In this document: positions 24,295-38,499 of the stretch, in pieces | How positions within the stretch are numbered: position 1 is the first letter of the stretch | Layout: each line of letters begins with the position of its first letter | Assembly: GCF_006345805.1 (NCBI RefSeq) | Contig: NC_043005.1 | Location: 103,292,001 to 103,356,000 of the forward strand | DNA: 64,000 bases | Direction of reading: 5' to 3' | Origin: Octopus sinensis | Lineage: Eukaryota | The notes under the pieces: generated by a model | What the model saw: the letters and a program-made list of their open reading frames with translations, nothing else | Databases searched by the model: none | What the model was told of the DNA's origin: nothing | Position numbers and translations under genes: made by a program

Positions 24295-24733
24295 GGATCT
24301 TTTCGGTTTGAACGGCAGTTTTTTCTAGCGGTGTCATATGAAATTGTCACCCATAATTATGACCCTAGTTTCGATCTATTGCATTTCAATCTGTTTTAGG
24401 GTTAGGGTCAGAGTTAGGGTTAGTTAGGGTTAGGGGTGGGGTGGGGGAAGGGTATCTTTTTTTTTCACAAATGTAAATAAACCCAACCTGTTTCTTAAAC
24501 GAGGGACATATTCATACGGCACAGAATGTTTTTAACTCAATGGACGTCATTGATTGGTTGAAATTGCAGAAATTGAAGAAAAAAACAGCAAATATCTTAC
24601 TAACTATAGAATTTTCTCAATAAAGGCAAGAGAAAAAGATGTTTTATAAACACATTCCACCAGTATACGAAGTTTAAAATTTTTAGTTACCTAGAAATTA
24701 TGTTAAAAACTGTCGTTCAAACCGAAAAAGTCC
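24295..24733. mobile_element. MITE with about 30-bp TIRs, 8-bp TSD and internal telomere-type repeats
   Basis: TIRs ggatcttttcggtttgaacggcagttttt and aaaaactgtcgttcaaaccgaaaaagtcc; gcattctg at 24287-24294 and 24734-24741; ttaggg units at about 24396-24433. Confidence 0.9.
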
Positions 24734-25408
24734 GCATTCTGTAGTGATGCAACTATAGATAAGTAACGTTACCCTCTAATCTTCAACTTCACAATATTAC
24801 CGACGTCTTATACTTCAGATTCACCTTACCATACTTGTACAAATAGTGTGCGTTATATCTCTCTTTGACACCCGAACAGAGACATGGTTAGAATTATAAT
24901 AATATATAGAGAAGAAAAAACGCAATGAATAGTTTGTTAGTTATTTCAAACGACAATGTGACTGAATAAGAAAGTAATATCAACTGTACTTAAGCTAAAA
25001 GGTTCCAAAAGATTCTGAATTTAAATAATTCTCAATCTGAAACTACGATTAATTAGACAATATAATTGAGATTGAATGTAAATGACAAAAAAAAAAAAAA
25101 GAGAAAAATGAAAAACAGTGAAAATCTCCAATAACTTCACTCATTAAAAGATCTCGGTTCTAATGAGTCGAAAGTAAAATACATTAAAACAACAATGAAT
25201 ATCAATTTAGTCGCTGCGAATTAAAATTTTCTTGAGTCTAAATTGAAATTAATGAAAATGAAAATGGAGTTGATATAATGTTAATATGCCTTGAGTTTTT
25301 TCATACAAACCTAAATCTGCAAGTTTCTACTACTATAGTTTGTATTCATAGAATGACAAGAGTTAACAAAAGGATTAGAGCACCGATATAATTTTTTTTC
25401 TATATATG

Positions 25409-25639
25409 TATTTCTTTACTAACCACAAGGGGCTAAACACAGAGGGTACAAACAAGGACAGACAAACGGATTAAGTCGATTCTATCGACCCCGGTGCGTA
25501 ACTGGTACTTAATTTATCGACCCCGAAAGGATGAAAGGCAAAGTCGATCTCGGCGGAATTTGAACTCAGAACGTAACGGCAGACGAAATACGGCTACGCA
25601 TTTCGCCCGGCGTGCCAACGTTTCTGCCAGCTCGCCGCC
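25409..25639 (-). mobile_element. SINE family A, full length with 16-bp TSD
   Basis: tttttttctatatatg at 25393-25408 and 25642-25657. Confidence 0.95.
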
Positions 25640-26215
25640 TATTTTTTTCTATATATGGTTTACCCTTCCATTGTGGAAGATGTTTATAAACCATTTAAAA
25701 CACAAAAAAAACCCGTTAGATTCATTTCAACATTTCATTAAATTTGTGCCAAATTATTTTCGTCGGTTTGAAACAGCGACCTGTTCACTGACAAAAATTC
25801 GTGATGCTTATAAACATCTTCTACGCTTGAATTCATTTTTGTTTCAGCACACGATCTCAGATCAAGTCACTTGCTATGCAAGTACATCTCCGTAATGGTT
25901 TACTCTTTTTCTATATATTCTATGATGTCTACCTCGGCATTTCCATGCTTCTCAGTCGATGAAACATATTGTAGTAGTTTCATCAATATTAAACCTTCTT
26001 TTTAAATTTATACCTGTGTGGAAATTATATCAAATATTTACTGCGTTCATGTGGTGTAGAGATCCCTAAATACCTGTAATTCAGTGATGTACACTGATTC
26101 ACTTTACACGGCAAGTGTGAATGTTGTTGCTTCATCTTACATCAGAAATTGTGTTATAGCCGAAATGCGAGGAAGTTTGTTTTCAGTCACACTGGCTGAC
26201 AAATTTTATTTTGTA

Positions 26216-26216
<1 letters not shown>

Positions 26217-26262
<46 letters not shown>

Positions 26263-26278
26263 TTACTACTACTACTAT

Positions 26279-26310
<32 letters not shown>

Positions 26311-26349
26311 ATAATAATAATAATAATAATATAATAATAATAATAATAA
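26217..26349. repeat. (TAC)n-(TAA)n compound microsatellite
   Basis: Adjacent trinucleotide runs. Confidence 0.95.
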
Positions 26350-26559
26350 TTTCTCTATTAGCCACAAGACTGAACACAAAAAATAGAGACAATACAACAC
26401 AAGGGACAAGTGGAGTTTCACACAATGTCGAGTAAAAAATAAATAACAATTAACCATTAATAATAGAATTAAACAATAAAATCCCACAAAGTGGAGAGTT
26501 TCTCACAAGGCCAACCTGAGGAATCCCACACCTCCTGGTTACCCCGGCCACCAGGTGAA

Positions 26560-27560
26560 CCTTAGTAGGCGCCTCTGTCCCTCTCAAATCCTCCGCTTTA
26601 CAAGAGAATGTTCAGAGTAGGCCCATTCACACCGGCAATCCTTACCACATTCGCCCACCTTCCAACACAAATACTAGGACGGTGGCTAGCACTTCGCTCT
26701 CCACCCTCACTTTCCTTTTCAAGTGGAAATTGAAAAACTCGATGAGGGCTTGTTGGCCAATGAGGAAATAATCTGTCTTCAGTCCTTTCAATCTCGTCCA
26801 CCACACCACCTCCTGTGCCAGAGCCACCGGACAGAAGAAAACTGTCTTTCTCTTCAGTCTAAAAGAAGCTGGCAGGACGATTTTCACGATAGACTCAGTT
26901 GATAAATGAAGTTGTCCTACACTCATCAACAGCTGTTCGACAAAGCTCTACAAGTCAGTAATGCCGGGACGCTTGCATGCGCGACGGTTTCGTCACCCAC
27001 TGCAGACAAACAGCACTTCTGTGTCTGTAGAGCTTGTCTCGAACCGGAAGAGTTCCCTGGTAGCACTGTCAGGTCATGGATTTGTGGAAATTATCCACTG
27101 GCCCCAGCCCAAATGTTCCCCCGAAAGTCCTGATCCCTTCCGACGCCCAGAGTTACATCGAGGACGTCGGTACTCTTCCCCGCCAACAATCCCCAATAGA
27201 AATCCATTGTGGAACTTCCATCAACAGCATTGCTTGACTGGTAGAAGGCTGTGAGCTCTTGCCAATACCCCATGTGCCAAGCTTCCTTTTTCGGTCTTTG
27301 CTTGATCCAGGACTGTAGCTCCGTTAATGAGACGAGCAGCGGAAAATTCTGTCTGATAAATGGCGGCCACACCCACTCACCATTAAGAAAACGCTGGAGA
27401 TGTCGCAGTCTCAACGCATGTCTGCGCATCATTACCCACGTCATGCCCGCCATGCCCAGTCCGCCGCTCAGAGGCTGTTGATAGCAGATGCACCGTCTGA
27501 CGAGTGGAACACGTCCCTTCTTCAGTAAGAGGAAGAGCAAGCGCTCCAGCTTGATCAGCC
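26560..27560 (-). pseudogene. Tx1/L1-clade LINE, post-RT and zinc-knuckle region
   Basis: KGRVPLVRRCICYQQPLSGGLGM...RRHALRLRHL and LPVRDKLYRH...ETVAHA-type motifs; GC-rich relative to the flanks. Confidence 0.75.
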
Positions 27561-27569
27561 ACGAAGCAG

Positions 27570-28890
27570 GGCAGGGGAATTTGTGGAAAAGATATGGAGT
27601 GATGAGAAGGCGTACAAGGAATATTCAAATTGCATTAGACACACAGAAGAATCATGCCAAGAACAAGCGTGTGAAAATATCCCCAAAACAAACCTAAAGA
27701 TGAAACTCACGAAGGCTCATAAATGGAAATCCCAATTTTGTTGCTATCGTGCGCACAGGAAAAGTTAGTTTAGATGTTCAATGAAATTATGAGAGATCCT
27801 AAGAAAATACCTAACTGATTAGAAAATGGTCTTATTTACCTAGTCCTAAAGGATAATGAAACCAAAGTTCAAAAGCTTACCGGTCGCGTCTATTGTTTGG
27901 GGGGAAAACATGCATTTTAGGAACAGACGAATATCTTTCCCAATGAAGAAAAAATGTGCCGACAAAGATGCAAAGATGAACTCGTAATTAATTGCATGAT
28001 CCCTGAAAACTGTCACAAGCACAGAAATCTCAGTTCCGCATGGATTGATTAAAAAATGGCTTTCAGAAACATACCACATTCATGGATCATGAAATCGCAA
28101 GACATCTTCGAAATTTCTCCCGTAATTTCAAATTTCCTGAAGCATGATATATTATTGTGGAATAAGAATCTCCAATTGCATCATCCTAATGAAATGCTAA
28201 CTTCAAACAACATTAACTTCAAATATGGCATTTACCACCCATATTCACTTCTAATCTTTGCCATAGCTCTAATACCCACTACGGGCAAATTTAATTGAAC
28301 AGAATATGGGCATAAAATTGGGAAACAGAAAATAAGCCATCTGTTTTAAAAGGATGCCTTAAAACTCAGCAGCAAAGACAATGATGAGCTTAAATGCCTA
28401 TTAGGTACAGTGAAAGCATTCAGTAATGATATCAAGATAGAGTTTGGTCTCGATAAGCGTACCATGGCCACTTTCTAGAAAGAGAAATTGAAGACTTCAA
28501 AATTCAGTCGTGTTAGATGTCAACAGAGTTATAAAAGTACTTGAATAGAAACTAACCTACAAATACCCAGATTTAAATGAAAGCTGTGGCATTCAGCATA
28601 CGATCATGAAAGAGAAAAATGGGAGAGGAATATTACAGGAGACTTGAAGCAGTTCAGAAATTTGAACTAAATACACGTTAACAATGTGTTAGCTATAAAC
28701 TCCTTAGCAATTCCAGTTATTATTACGAGCTTCAATGTGTTGAAATGAAATATGATTGAAGTATAGAACATGAACAGAAAAATACGCAAGTTGCTGATTT
28801 TTAAGAAGACGCACCTCCCAAAGGCAGACATGGATCCATTTTTACCCTTTTTTAGCCCCAGGAGGTCAGAGTTTGATCCAGTTTGAGATC
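27570..28890 (+). pseudogene. R4/Dong-clade non-LTR retrotransposon RT remnant
   Basis: Frameshifted pieces IWSDEK, KAHKWKS, EYGHKIGKQKISHLF, FSNDIKIEFGLDK, LAINSLAIPVI, RKIRKLL and HLPKAD. Confidence 0.8.
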
Positions 28891-29810
28891 TTTTACAAAA
28901 CCACCACATTTGGACCTGCCAAATAAATATCTTCAAATAACTAACGACTGGATGCTAAGAAGAAGAAGAAGAAGAAGAAGAAGAAAAATGGCACAAAGCC
29001 AGCAATTTTTTCAGACGCTCCCACGACTCCGCCAGCTTGTTATCTTACATTATATATTCGTTGTGAAACTTGATCATTAGAGAAACATGGTAATTATGTG
29101 ATAAAGCTTTGTGGTTTTGCTTTAAAAAGTGTATGTCTAAACATGCTTTATCTAATATGCACACCCTCATTTTGAAACGGCAGTGAATGATTTGAATAAT
29201 TTGTAGATGATTTTTCAAAGAACTTTACCGACCACCAGTATGTGTGTAAGAGTTAAACAATTCCATTTTTTCATAACACACATTTGTATGCAAGTAAGAG
29301 GCATATACAAATAGACAGGTGTCTTTGATATATTAATCACTTCTTTTTAAAGCATACATTTACATCCAACATAAAAGACACATACAAGGAGAGTTGCGCG
29401 TTTGGTAATGAGTTGCTTCATGGTGACACCTTTTGCGAACAAGAAAATGACACAGCCAAAGACATAGAAAAAATTTTAAAAAACGCAGGTTTATGACGTT
29501 AAACAAATGAATTCTTATTGCAACTTCCATTTGTATATACCGTAACAGACGGCTAAATTAGAGATTTGTCATCAGTAAATAACTTCTTATTTTTTATTGA
29601 CTCACACTTCGATACGACATAGGTTCGAGTACAAGTAAGTGTTCGTTAAATAACTCCTTTTTTGGTAACACGTTTTCAACGATAAAATATAGATATAATT
29701 AACTGTGCATGAGACAAACCTCTTGAATTTGTGACATTTTTTGTATGAAACGAAAAGACATGCACAAATAGAAGTGCGTGCCCTCTAAGCAATTCTCCTC
29801 TTTCTTACTC

Positions 29811-29814
<4 letters not shown>

Positions 29815-29886
<72 letters not shown>
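29815..29886. repeat. (TA)n microsatellite
   Basis: Perfect run. Confidence 0.95.
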
Positions 29887-29891
<5 letters not shown>

Positions 29892-32329
29892 AGTAAAAGG
29901 CACATACTAATGGAAGTAATGATATAACAGTTTTGACAGTTCCAACAATCTATCGACTGAATGGATGTAGAATATTTACGATTTAATTTCCTTTAACCGT
30001 GATGGCAATGGCTGCGAAATTGCAGTCAAATAATATTCACTTTGACCTACAGTTGAAACTTCAAGCTGAAAAAGAAATCCGTCATACATGCACAGACATA
30101 CACATACATAAATAACCATGACCAGAGAACACACACACACACACTGACACACTCACTTACACATACGTGCACACGCACATACACAAATGCACACCCACTT
30201 ACGTATGTATATAGGCATGTGTGTGTGTGTGTGCAAGTATATGTACACACACTGACACACACATACACACATACACACACACACATACACACACACACAT
30301 ATATATATATATATACACCTATGTATATATATATATATATATAAGTTATATATTCATATATACACTTGCTATATAACCGTTTAAATATATATATACACAC
30401 ACTCAAACCAAAAACATACACACACGTGCACACGCACACACATACATGTGTGTGTATTTGTGTGTCTGTATGTGAGTGTGTGCATGCATCTGCGTGTGCT
30501 TTGTTCGAATGTCTCTATGCGTATGTTATATTTATGTGAGTGTTTGTGTTTGTGTGTTTCTATATGTATGTTTGTGCCAGTGTGTGTGTGTGGCTGTGTA
30601 TTCGTGAGTGTGTGTATGAGCGTATGTATTGTGTGTGTGTGTGTTTGTGTACGTGTGTGTATATGTGTGTGCGTGCTGTGTATGCATGAAGCATCAAAGC
30701 AATCGGACAATTCAGAAAACTCATAAAATCGGAATGAATGAGATTAAATTTGATGATTGGCCTTTGAGACTGGGAGACTTTCACCAATTCTATGTTATTG
30801 GCTTGCAGTCTTCAAAGAGAAGGTGTGTTATGTCGTTATACATCTATTGTTGGCATCTTGCGTTAACGTCTTCGATTTGAATTAAAAGACTGCAAATCTC
30901 TAAATACAAAGACTGCACAGCCTAGCTGCTGATTTAGATAAGTTCTACCGAACTTTCAGTTAGAATAATATATTTCCAAGAGATCAGGAAAAAAAATTGT
31001 TGATTTAATACATAATCACATGGGTTCATACTTAGAAGGAATATAAAATTAGATTTTGTGATGTTCATCTTATTGCCAAAGGGATTAGATATGTAACGAA
31101 CGGAATCCAATTTAAGTTGTTGCTTTGGTTGTTGCTGATGTTGATTAGCGACTGATTAGTGTTAATGGAGTACATCAATCATCAAACGCTTCGCAACCAC
31201 GATCATTACGTTTGTTTTCGTTTTCTTTTCTTTTCTAGACACAATATATCTCGCACTTCATTTAGCCAAAACCACTCCTGCTAGCACGGCTACACAGAGT
31301 TTCCCCTCATTGGCTTCTTTTATTGATATTTAGTTCTTGTTGAAGTTTAGCTGTATTCTATGGTGCTCATAACCTTGGTATAATTGTTCCCTTGCCTTCA
31401 TAATTGTTTCTCCTTTTTTTAGCTATAAATTCATGTATATTTCCATTTAAAAAGAACTATACAAGTGACGTAACCCCGATGCCCACGTGTTAAACTTAAA
31501 TTTATTCTCGATTTTATCACGCCCATAGAATAAATTTTATGTCATACTCCTGTATCCTATACTGCTACTACTGTATCCGCTGCTCGTGTAAAATAGAACA
31601 AATTGAGTCTGCTCTTTAGAAATGTTTAACCTATCCATACTATCATTGTAAAACGACATGATAATTCACGAATCACCAAGGGATTGTTTTCATATTAGCT
31701 AGAAATTAGTAAATAAACTGTCCTCGGAACAAACATCATTATCTTAAACGAAAGACATTTTATAATGTAGTCATTGAGCCATCGTAGCTTCTAAAGGAAC
31801 GATGCGGTCCCGGTTGGAACTTGTTTGGTCATAGATATACTAGACAAAAGCTGGATGAGGACTGAACGACAATATAAACAACAGCGGAAGCAACAGTCAT
31901 GTTACTTCTCTCCAACTGCATCACTCAACCATAGATCCGACACTGAATGCCCCTTCCCATTCAAATACTTTCTGTAAAATGGATGGGAGAATTAAGTATA
32001 CCACTTCACAGTCTAAATTAAAATCACCACCAGTTTTGTTCCCGCCATTTATCCTAAATGTAGTCTATGAATAAAGAACCAGGGAAGTACTTGAGTCAAT
32101 GCAATTTATATAACATTTCGAGTGTCGAAACCTCCAATGTGCCCTTCACTTTTTAGGATGGTGGTATGTGATATCGGAGGAATTTAGCTGCTAAATCATG
32201 CACAATAATATTGATTGAGTATTCAAAATTAATATGGAGGCTATCCAATGGACTGCAGATACTTTTGACTGGTAGAATTAATCTGTCAACTGGTTTTAAT
32301 ACAACTACCTGGTCCTCAGTTATTCTATA

Positions 32330-33021
32330 CTAGCAGCATAGCCCGGCGTTGCCCGGGTATGTAAGAGCCCCTAGTAGGCAACGACTAATCCCAATCTAGC
32401 CCTTTCCCTCTAGGGAACGAAGGCACATGTGTAGGTTGCAATGTCTTCTCTTCACTCCCAAATAACTATCAAACAGCTATCGATAATTCAACCCAACCAA
32501 TTCCTACCTGGAAGAAATTACATTCGAGACTTTACCCCCAACACCGCCACTTCTGCTAATAGCTGCTGCAGACGCAAGTTATTCGAATAATTTTTTTGCT
32601 TACACTTTCTTTATAACTACCACCCCAAACGTTTTACCTTAAATTTTTGACGTACCCTAAGGGTCCTCGGATGCTATTTGCAAACTCTTGGTTTATTATA
32701 AACCGCTTTTGTCGTGTGCATCAAAAAACCTTTTCCATTCGTTTGTTCAGTTTGATCGAGTTGCGTCCCCTAGACAGTCTGTAGAAAATGTGTTGCATAT
32801 AAAAAGCTTAGATTCTCGACCTATGTCGAATTTATAAAATTTTTTTCAGAACTGGGGGAACTTTTCAAAATTTTCGCAGCGTTAGTTTTGAATTATGACA
32901 TTGGGCTACGTGTGTGTCAAGTTTCATCAGAATCGGTTGAAAGCCGTGGTCAGGGTGAGGGTACAACCTGACAGACACACAGACACACAGACAGACAAAC
33001 TGCCGTTTATATATAGAGAGA
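32330..33021 (-). mobile_element. Non-autonomous Helitron
   Basis: Minus strand A|TCTCTCTATATATAAAC...CCCGGGCAACGCCGGG hairpin...CTAG|T; no TSD. Confidence 0.85.
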
Positions 33022-33471
33022 TTATGTTATAGTTACAAGTATATGGCCAAAGTCTGAGGTTTCTCTCTCACTTTTTCCAGCATTCTGGGATGACCTTGTC
33101 GTCGTCGTCGTTGTCGTCATAGTCGTCATCGTCATCATCGTTATATATTAAGCAATATGTGTCCAACATGTTTTTCCTTCTATAAGATGGTTAGTGCAAT
33201 ATCAGAGAAAAAATAGCTGCTCTTTCTAACTGGTCATATGATCGCATTCGGTAGTTCTAACAGGTTACGCGAAAACAAAACGGACGTAGTCGGGTAAAAT
33301 TTACATGTTTTTGACCCTACTCAATAAGGACAAAAATTCTCCTTGAGTTCGGATATCATTGTTTAATATATTGTTGCTGTTGTTATTATTATTGTTGTTG
33401 TTATTATTATTATTATTAGTAGTAGTATTAGTATTATTATTATTATTACTATTATCATTGTTATTATTATT

Positions 33472-34021
33472 GAGTAAAAGAGCAGTGCATGCCATTTACT
33501 GGGGTAAAATATACGAAGCCCAGTATACCCATCATGACTACCCGTCTCATAAGGGTACACTAGGCACATACACCACAACCATGTGTGCGCGACATGGTGA
33601 TCTCATATCAAGATAAACAGCACATGATCTTGCAGGTGGGATCCAGTTATAATTTTCTTCTGGTCGAGTAACCCATCCCATTTAAAACGTCCCTGAATAA
33701 GGGTTGTTTAAGGATGTTGAACGAAACACCCATGTTTCCAGAGGTGAATTATTCAAACCCCAAAGAATCCCTCTCAACACATGGCTATGATGCTCCCCCA
33801 CTACTTCTGCTCGTGGTCATAGATGCACATATCGTCAGCCACTAAGGGACATGCTCAACTGGCTAAGGTCAAACAACTGACAAGCAAATCTGTGGTATTG
33901 ATTAGAGTATTTGCTGTAGCCCATCTGTTACACCAAGGCAAAATAACGTACATGATAACACTTCTAATCAGTTAAGATCAGAAGCCACGAGAGCCACTGC
34001 CTGGTACTGCATCAAGGCATT
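33472..34021 (-). mobile_element. Non-coding element embedded between (TAA)-type microsatellites
   Basis: 550 bp of complex sequence with (TAT)n on both sides; one copy here, recalled as a common octopus repeat (unverified). Confidence 0.45.
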
Positions 34022-34062
34022 TATTATTATTATTATTATTATATTATTATTATTATTATTAT

Positions 34063-34160
<98 letters not shown>

Positions 34161-34171
34161 CAGCAGTAGTA
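34022..34171. repeat. (TAT)n-(TAG)n compound microsatellite
   Basis: Adjacent runs. Confidence 0.95.
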
Positions 34172-34284
34172 GTTCATCTGGATAAGGCCAATGCACCATA
34201 ATGGCGGTCTTGGTACGATTTTGAACCCACAGCATACAGGGCCAGCATACAAACCACAAGGCTTCCCCGTATATCGCTCCAGTA

Positions 34285-34430
34285 GATTCGCAAATCTGGT
34301 ACTTTGTTTATCGACCTTGAAAGGATGATCGGCAAAGTTAACCTCGTTTGGATTTGAATTTAAAACTGGAAACAGATATCAAAAGACCATATTTAAACGG
34401 GTGCGTGAATGACTTGGCTACTTCGCCATC
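34285..34430 (-). mobile_element. SINE family A, degenerate
   Basis: ctggtactttgtttatcgaccttgaaaggatgatcggcaaagttaacctcg. Confidence 0.6.
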
Positions 34431-35083
34431 CATAGAAGGGTCACGAGGTTCTGCTATTGCCTTTCGTTACATGTGACTTGAAACCCTAATGATAAATTGT
34501 TATTCAAAACAATTAAATATTGATTTTTTAAAACGAAGTCGAAGGAAAGAAATATTTCACTATATTGATTTCATTAAATCACAATTATCGCCTAGAGTTT
34601 GTCGCTGTGAAATGTAAAGTCAATAACATATCGTTAACCATTACTTTTACCTCCCCACAGTATCAAATACTTTCAGCCTCGCTACAATATAATTTATGGT
34701 AACAAAAACCCACACTCAACAAAATCCTGAACCAAATATATCTGTAATTACCAGACTCTAATAGCGTGTACATCATATAATGTATTTCCTAGTTGTGATT
34801 AAGTACTGTTAATTACGTATAATTTAATTACATTTTATAGTTCTAACTATACAGTATATTGCCATGTGTAATTACATACCCATATTTATAAATCCAACAT
34901 TATTTACGTTTAATTGTATATTGATTCATTCATATTTCAAATTACATATTATTCGACTAATCATCAAACTTAATACCTCTTTGTAAAGAGTCCTTCTTCA
35001 TTACACGTCTTTAGCAAAAATTATCGTATTTGTTATGTAACAAAAATATTAGTCTGTCGTATGGTTAACGCTTTATATTTTAA

Positions 35084-35600
35084 CTAGCAGTATCGCCCGG
35101 CGTTGCTCGGGTTTGTAAGGGAAATAACTATATAAGCATTTTTAGAGAGTTACTTCCTTTATAGATGCCAATTCGGGCTTTCTTAGCCATTTCTGTTTTG
35201 GTGTCTTCAAGCCATGAAGTCGTTGTTCTAAAAGAACGCTGGTCTCCTTGACAACGCATTACGACGTTGATTTCCTTAAACTCCCTTCCCCACAGCTTCA
35301 CGAGGGAGGGAAGAAGGGGGAGAAGCAAACACAGGTGCAGGTGTTTGAGCGTGGACGCCAACTCCGCCGCCATCGACACACGAAAAATTATGCATTAAAA
35401 TGGAATAAAAAATGATGTTAAATTATTTTTAAAATCGTAGACTCATCGTAGACGCGCGCTAATAGCCATACGGGCTCGATATTAATCACGACTATAAGAT
35501 ACCCGAATTTGGTTAAACTGCACCGCAAAATGTGGGAGGAGTTAGGAATCTAAATCGTAGGAGACAGACACTCACACAACTACAGTTTTATATATATAGA
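35084..35600 (-). mobile_element. Non-autonomous Helitron
   Basis: Minus strand A|TCTATATATATAAAAC...CCCGAGCAACGCCGGG hairpin...CTAG|T; same terminus type as 32330-33021. Confidence 0.85.
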
Positions 35601-36422
35601 TAACTATAGCGATGCCATAACTCCGAAAATTTTAGCGAATTTAATATGTTGTAGCTCTGTACGTTGCCTGAAATTATTAATGCCATTGTTCTGTAAATTG
35701 CCAAAGCACTAAGGATCTTATAACCTATAAACATCATGGTAAATAGAATAATGTTGATTCAGCCTCATTGACAATAACATAAGCAATATAATTTCAAATG
35801 ATTCATCAAGAGTCATTGCCTTGTTTATTGCTTGTTATTGCTTGTTTGCTTACGACGCACTTAAATCAAAGATTCATGCGTATCACACACACAAGCCGTA
35901 TCACAGATTTTCTGGCCTATTGGCCAGAAAATTTTGTTTAATTATTTATACTGAGGGCCTGTGATTATGATCGTTTCATTTTTCGTCTTTATTCTGGAAA
36001 AATCTTCGCCCACATCAACGTTGTACACAAGACGCCGTACAACCAACAAAATTATTAGGTTACAAAAGCCGTTAACAAGATTCTTTTAATGGTTTCAGAC
36101 ATTTTTGTTAGTCATATGGCCCATTACTTTTGAATATTTTTACAGGGTTTCGAAAACAAGTCACTTCGGATATTTTAGTCTGACGCATCAATTCAGCCGC
36201 AATTCTCTAAAACAGAGAAAGATACACGTACATGTGTGTGTGTGTGTTTTTTTATATCTGCTTGTTACATCGCTTGTGAGGTGTCTCATGCGTGCTAAGG
36301 GTAACATGGAATCCAGTACAACTTATTGCATAGCTGAGTCATCAGTGACTGAAAAGGTACCCTTAATAGGCTTGCCTAGTGAGGAGAGTTGCTAGGGACC
36401 TAGCAGGACCAAATACAAAACC

Positions 36423-36644
36423 TATTACTACCCACAAGAGGCTAAACACAGAGAAGACAAACAAGGACAGACAAACGGACTAAGTCGATTACATCGACCC
36501 CAGTGCGTAACTGGTACTTAATTTACCGACCCCGAAAGGATGACAAAGTCAACCTCGGCGGGTTTTGAACTCAGAACGTAACGGCAGACGAAATACAGCT
36601 ACGCATTTCGCCCGGCGTGCTAACGTTTCTGGCAGCTCGCCGCC
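36423..36644 (-). mobile_element. SINE family A with 14-bp TSD
   Basis: ccaaatacaaaacc at 36409-36422 and 36643-36656. Confidence 0.95.
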
Positions 36645-38499
36645 AAATACAAAACCCGTCAAAAGAACAGATGAACTTAGTACAGGTCCAATGATTATCT
36701 AGCACGGGCCCTCAGAAATTCCGAGTTGGCTTATGCCGTGCTGGAAGACCACTGTGAGTAAGGCACCCCTTAGTCCTTGTTAAACCTGTTTCTAGGAGAA
36801 CATGTTTCTCATATAAATCCAAGGAACGGTACTGGATATTTTGGGGATTTTTGTTTGCGCTTCCGATCATTGTGACCCACATTACTGAGCTTGCAACCCA
36901 CATTGACACTGGGTGCCTTTCATTGTGTAACATGTCACTAGAATGGAGAGGTTCTATGAAAGCATTATTGGACCTAAAATTCTAGACTGTGTGAGGTGAC
37001 TGACCGATATTCGGTTGAGTAAGAGGGCGGCGGGGCCAGCATAGAAGACGCAGATGCGAATGCAAGGGAAGCCGAATGCTGGTGCAATAACCTCATGTAT
37101 GAGCACTACTAGCGTTTTGCATAGGCAATGGTCAATGATGACTTTCCTCGGTTAGGTGTGAACAGACATCATTATATGTGGTGCCTGTGTATATGTGTGC
37201 GTATGTGTTTGCATGCGAGTGCATGTATGTATGTATGTATGTATGTATGTATGTATAGGTGAGTGACACTTAATGATTTTTCGCTTAGTAGATTTTTTGT
37301 TTAATTTGTGTAAATTAAATTTGACCAATAGTAAAACAACTACCGTGCAAATGAAACATAATTTATCAAAATCGAGGGTCTCTTTTCGTCCTCTTATTTC
37401 CATGACAAAAAAAAAACAACTACTCTTTTCTCTTAATGGCATGTCATTTCCGGGAAATTCTTGATCACTGAAATTATCACCTTATCATCTGGAGTCGGAT
37501 ACAATTGCCACTAAACGTTTCTTTTATCTCCTATTTTACCTTCTCTTTTAAAGAAATTTCACGGAATCAACATTCGTTTTGTATTTGTTGTATTTGTTTC
37601 TATGTAATTTCATTAACCTTGTAGTTCAATTTCATTCCACTGCATTGAGGTAGTACAGTGTCCCCGTACCAAATTTTTCTCAGTAAACCTTGGTTGACCG
37701 AAGGTTAGCAACATTCAAGACACGACACTCGCTCACTAAGCGATGCTCTGCCATCGCCAGCGAAATAATATAATTGCAAAGCGAACGTCTGAGCCCCGTT
37801 AATATAGTTGCACGCATTCTATGATAATCAGTGCAAAATATCTTATGCCATATTTGGCATTCTCTCACATTTACTATTACCCTGTACGAACAAGCTATTC
37901 TCATTTATTCAAACGCAATATTCTTTAGGGGAACCGGTGTCAGAATCAGCCAATATTTGTTTTAACGTTAATGACAACAGAAATCCGATGGGATGACACA
38001 ATATTAACCTAACCAAACCAAAACAAAATCCAATTTACGATTGAATACTACTAGACTCTAAATAAATAATATTGTGATTCCATTACCAAAATTTCTGCTA
38101 AGGATTATACCACATACTGTTGAGTTTCGGCATTTTGGTAGACCTAGAAGGTCAAGAAGAATAGTTAACCTTTATTGAACCAACAACTATTGCAATCTTT
38201 CGTCATTAATGTAAAATACCATTACTAATAGCTTCCCAATGAAAGTACCAGATAATGTTTGTGTGTGTGTGTTTGTGCTTGTATATATGTATATATAAGT
38301 GCCAGATAATATTAGTGTGTGTGTGTGTGTGTGTTTGTGCAGGGAGACACCAAATAAGGTATACATACATTGAATCATTATAAAGTCAGTGTTTACTGCA
38401 ATAGATTGAATTTTCATAATCGAATCGAATCTACACACGAAATTTAATTATCTTCTTATGAACGCCTGGTTTCAAATTAATGCCCGTTCTGGAAAGGTA

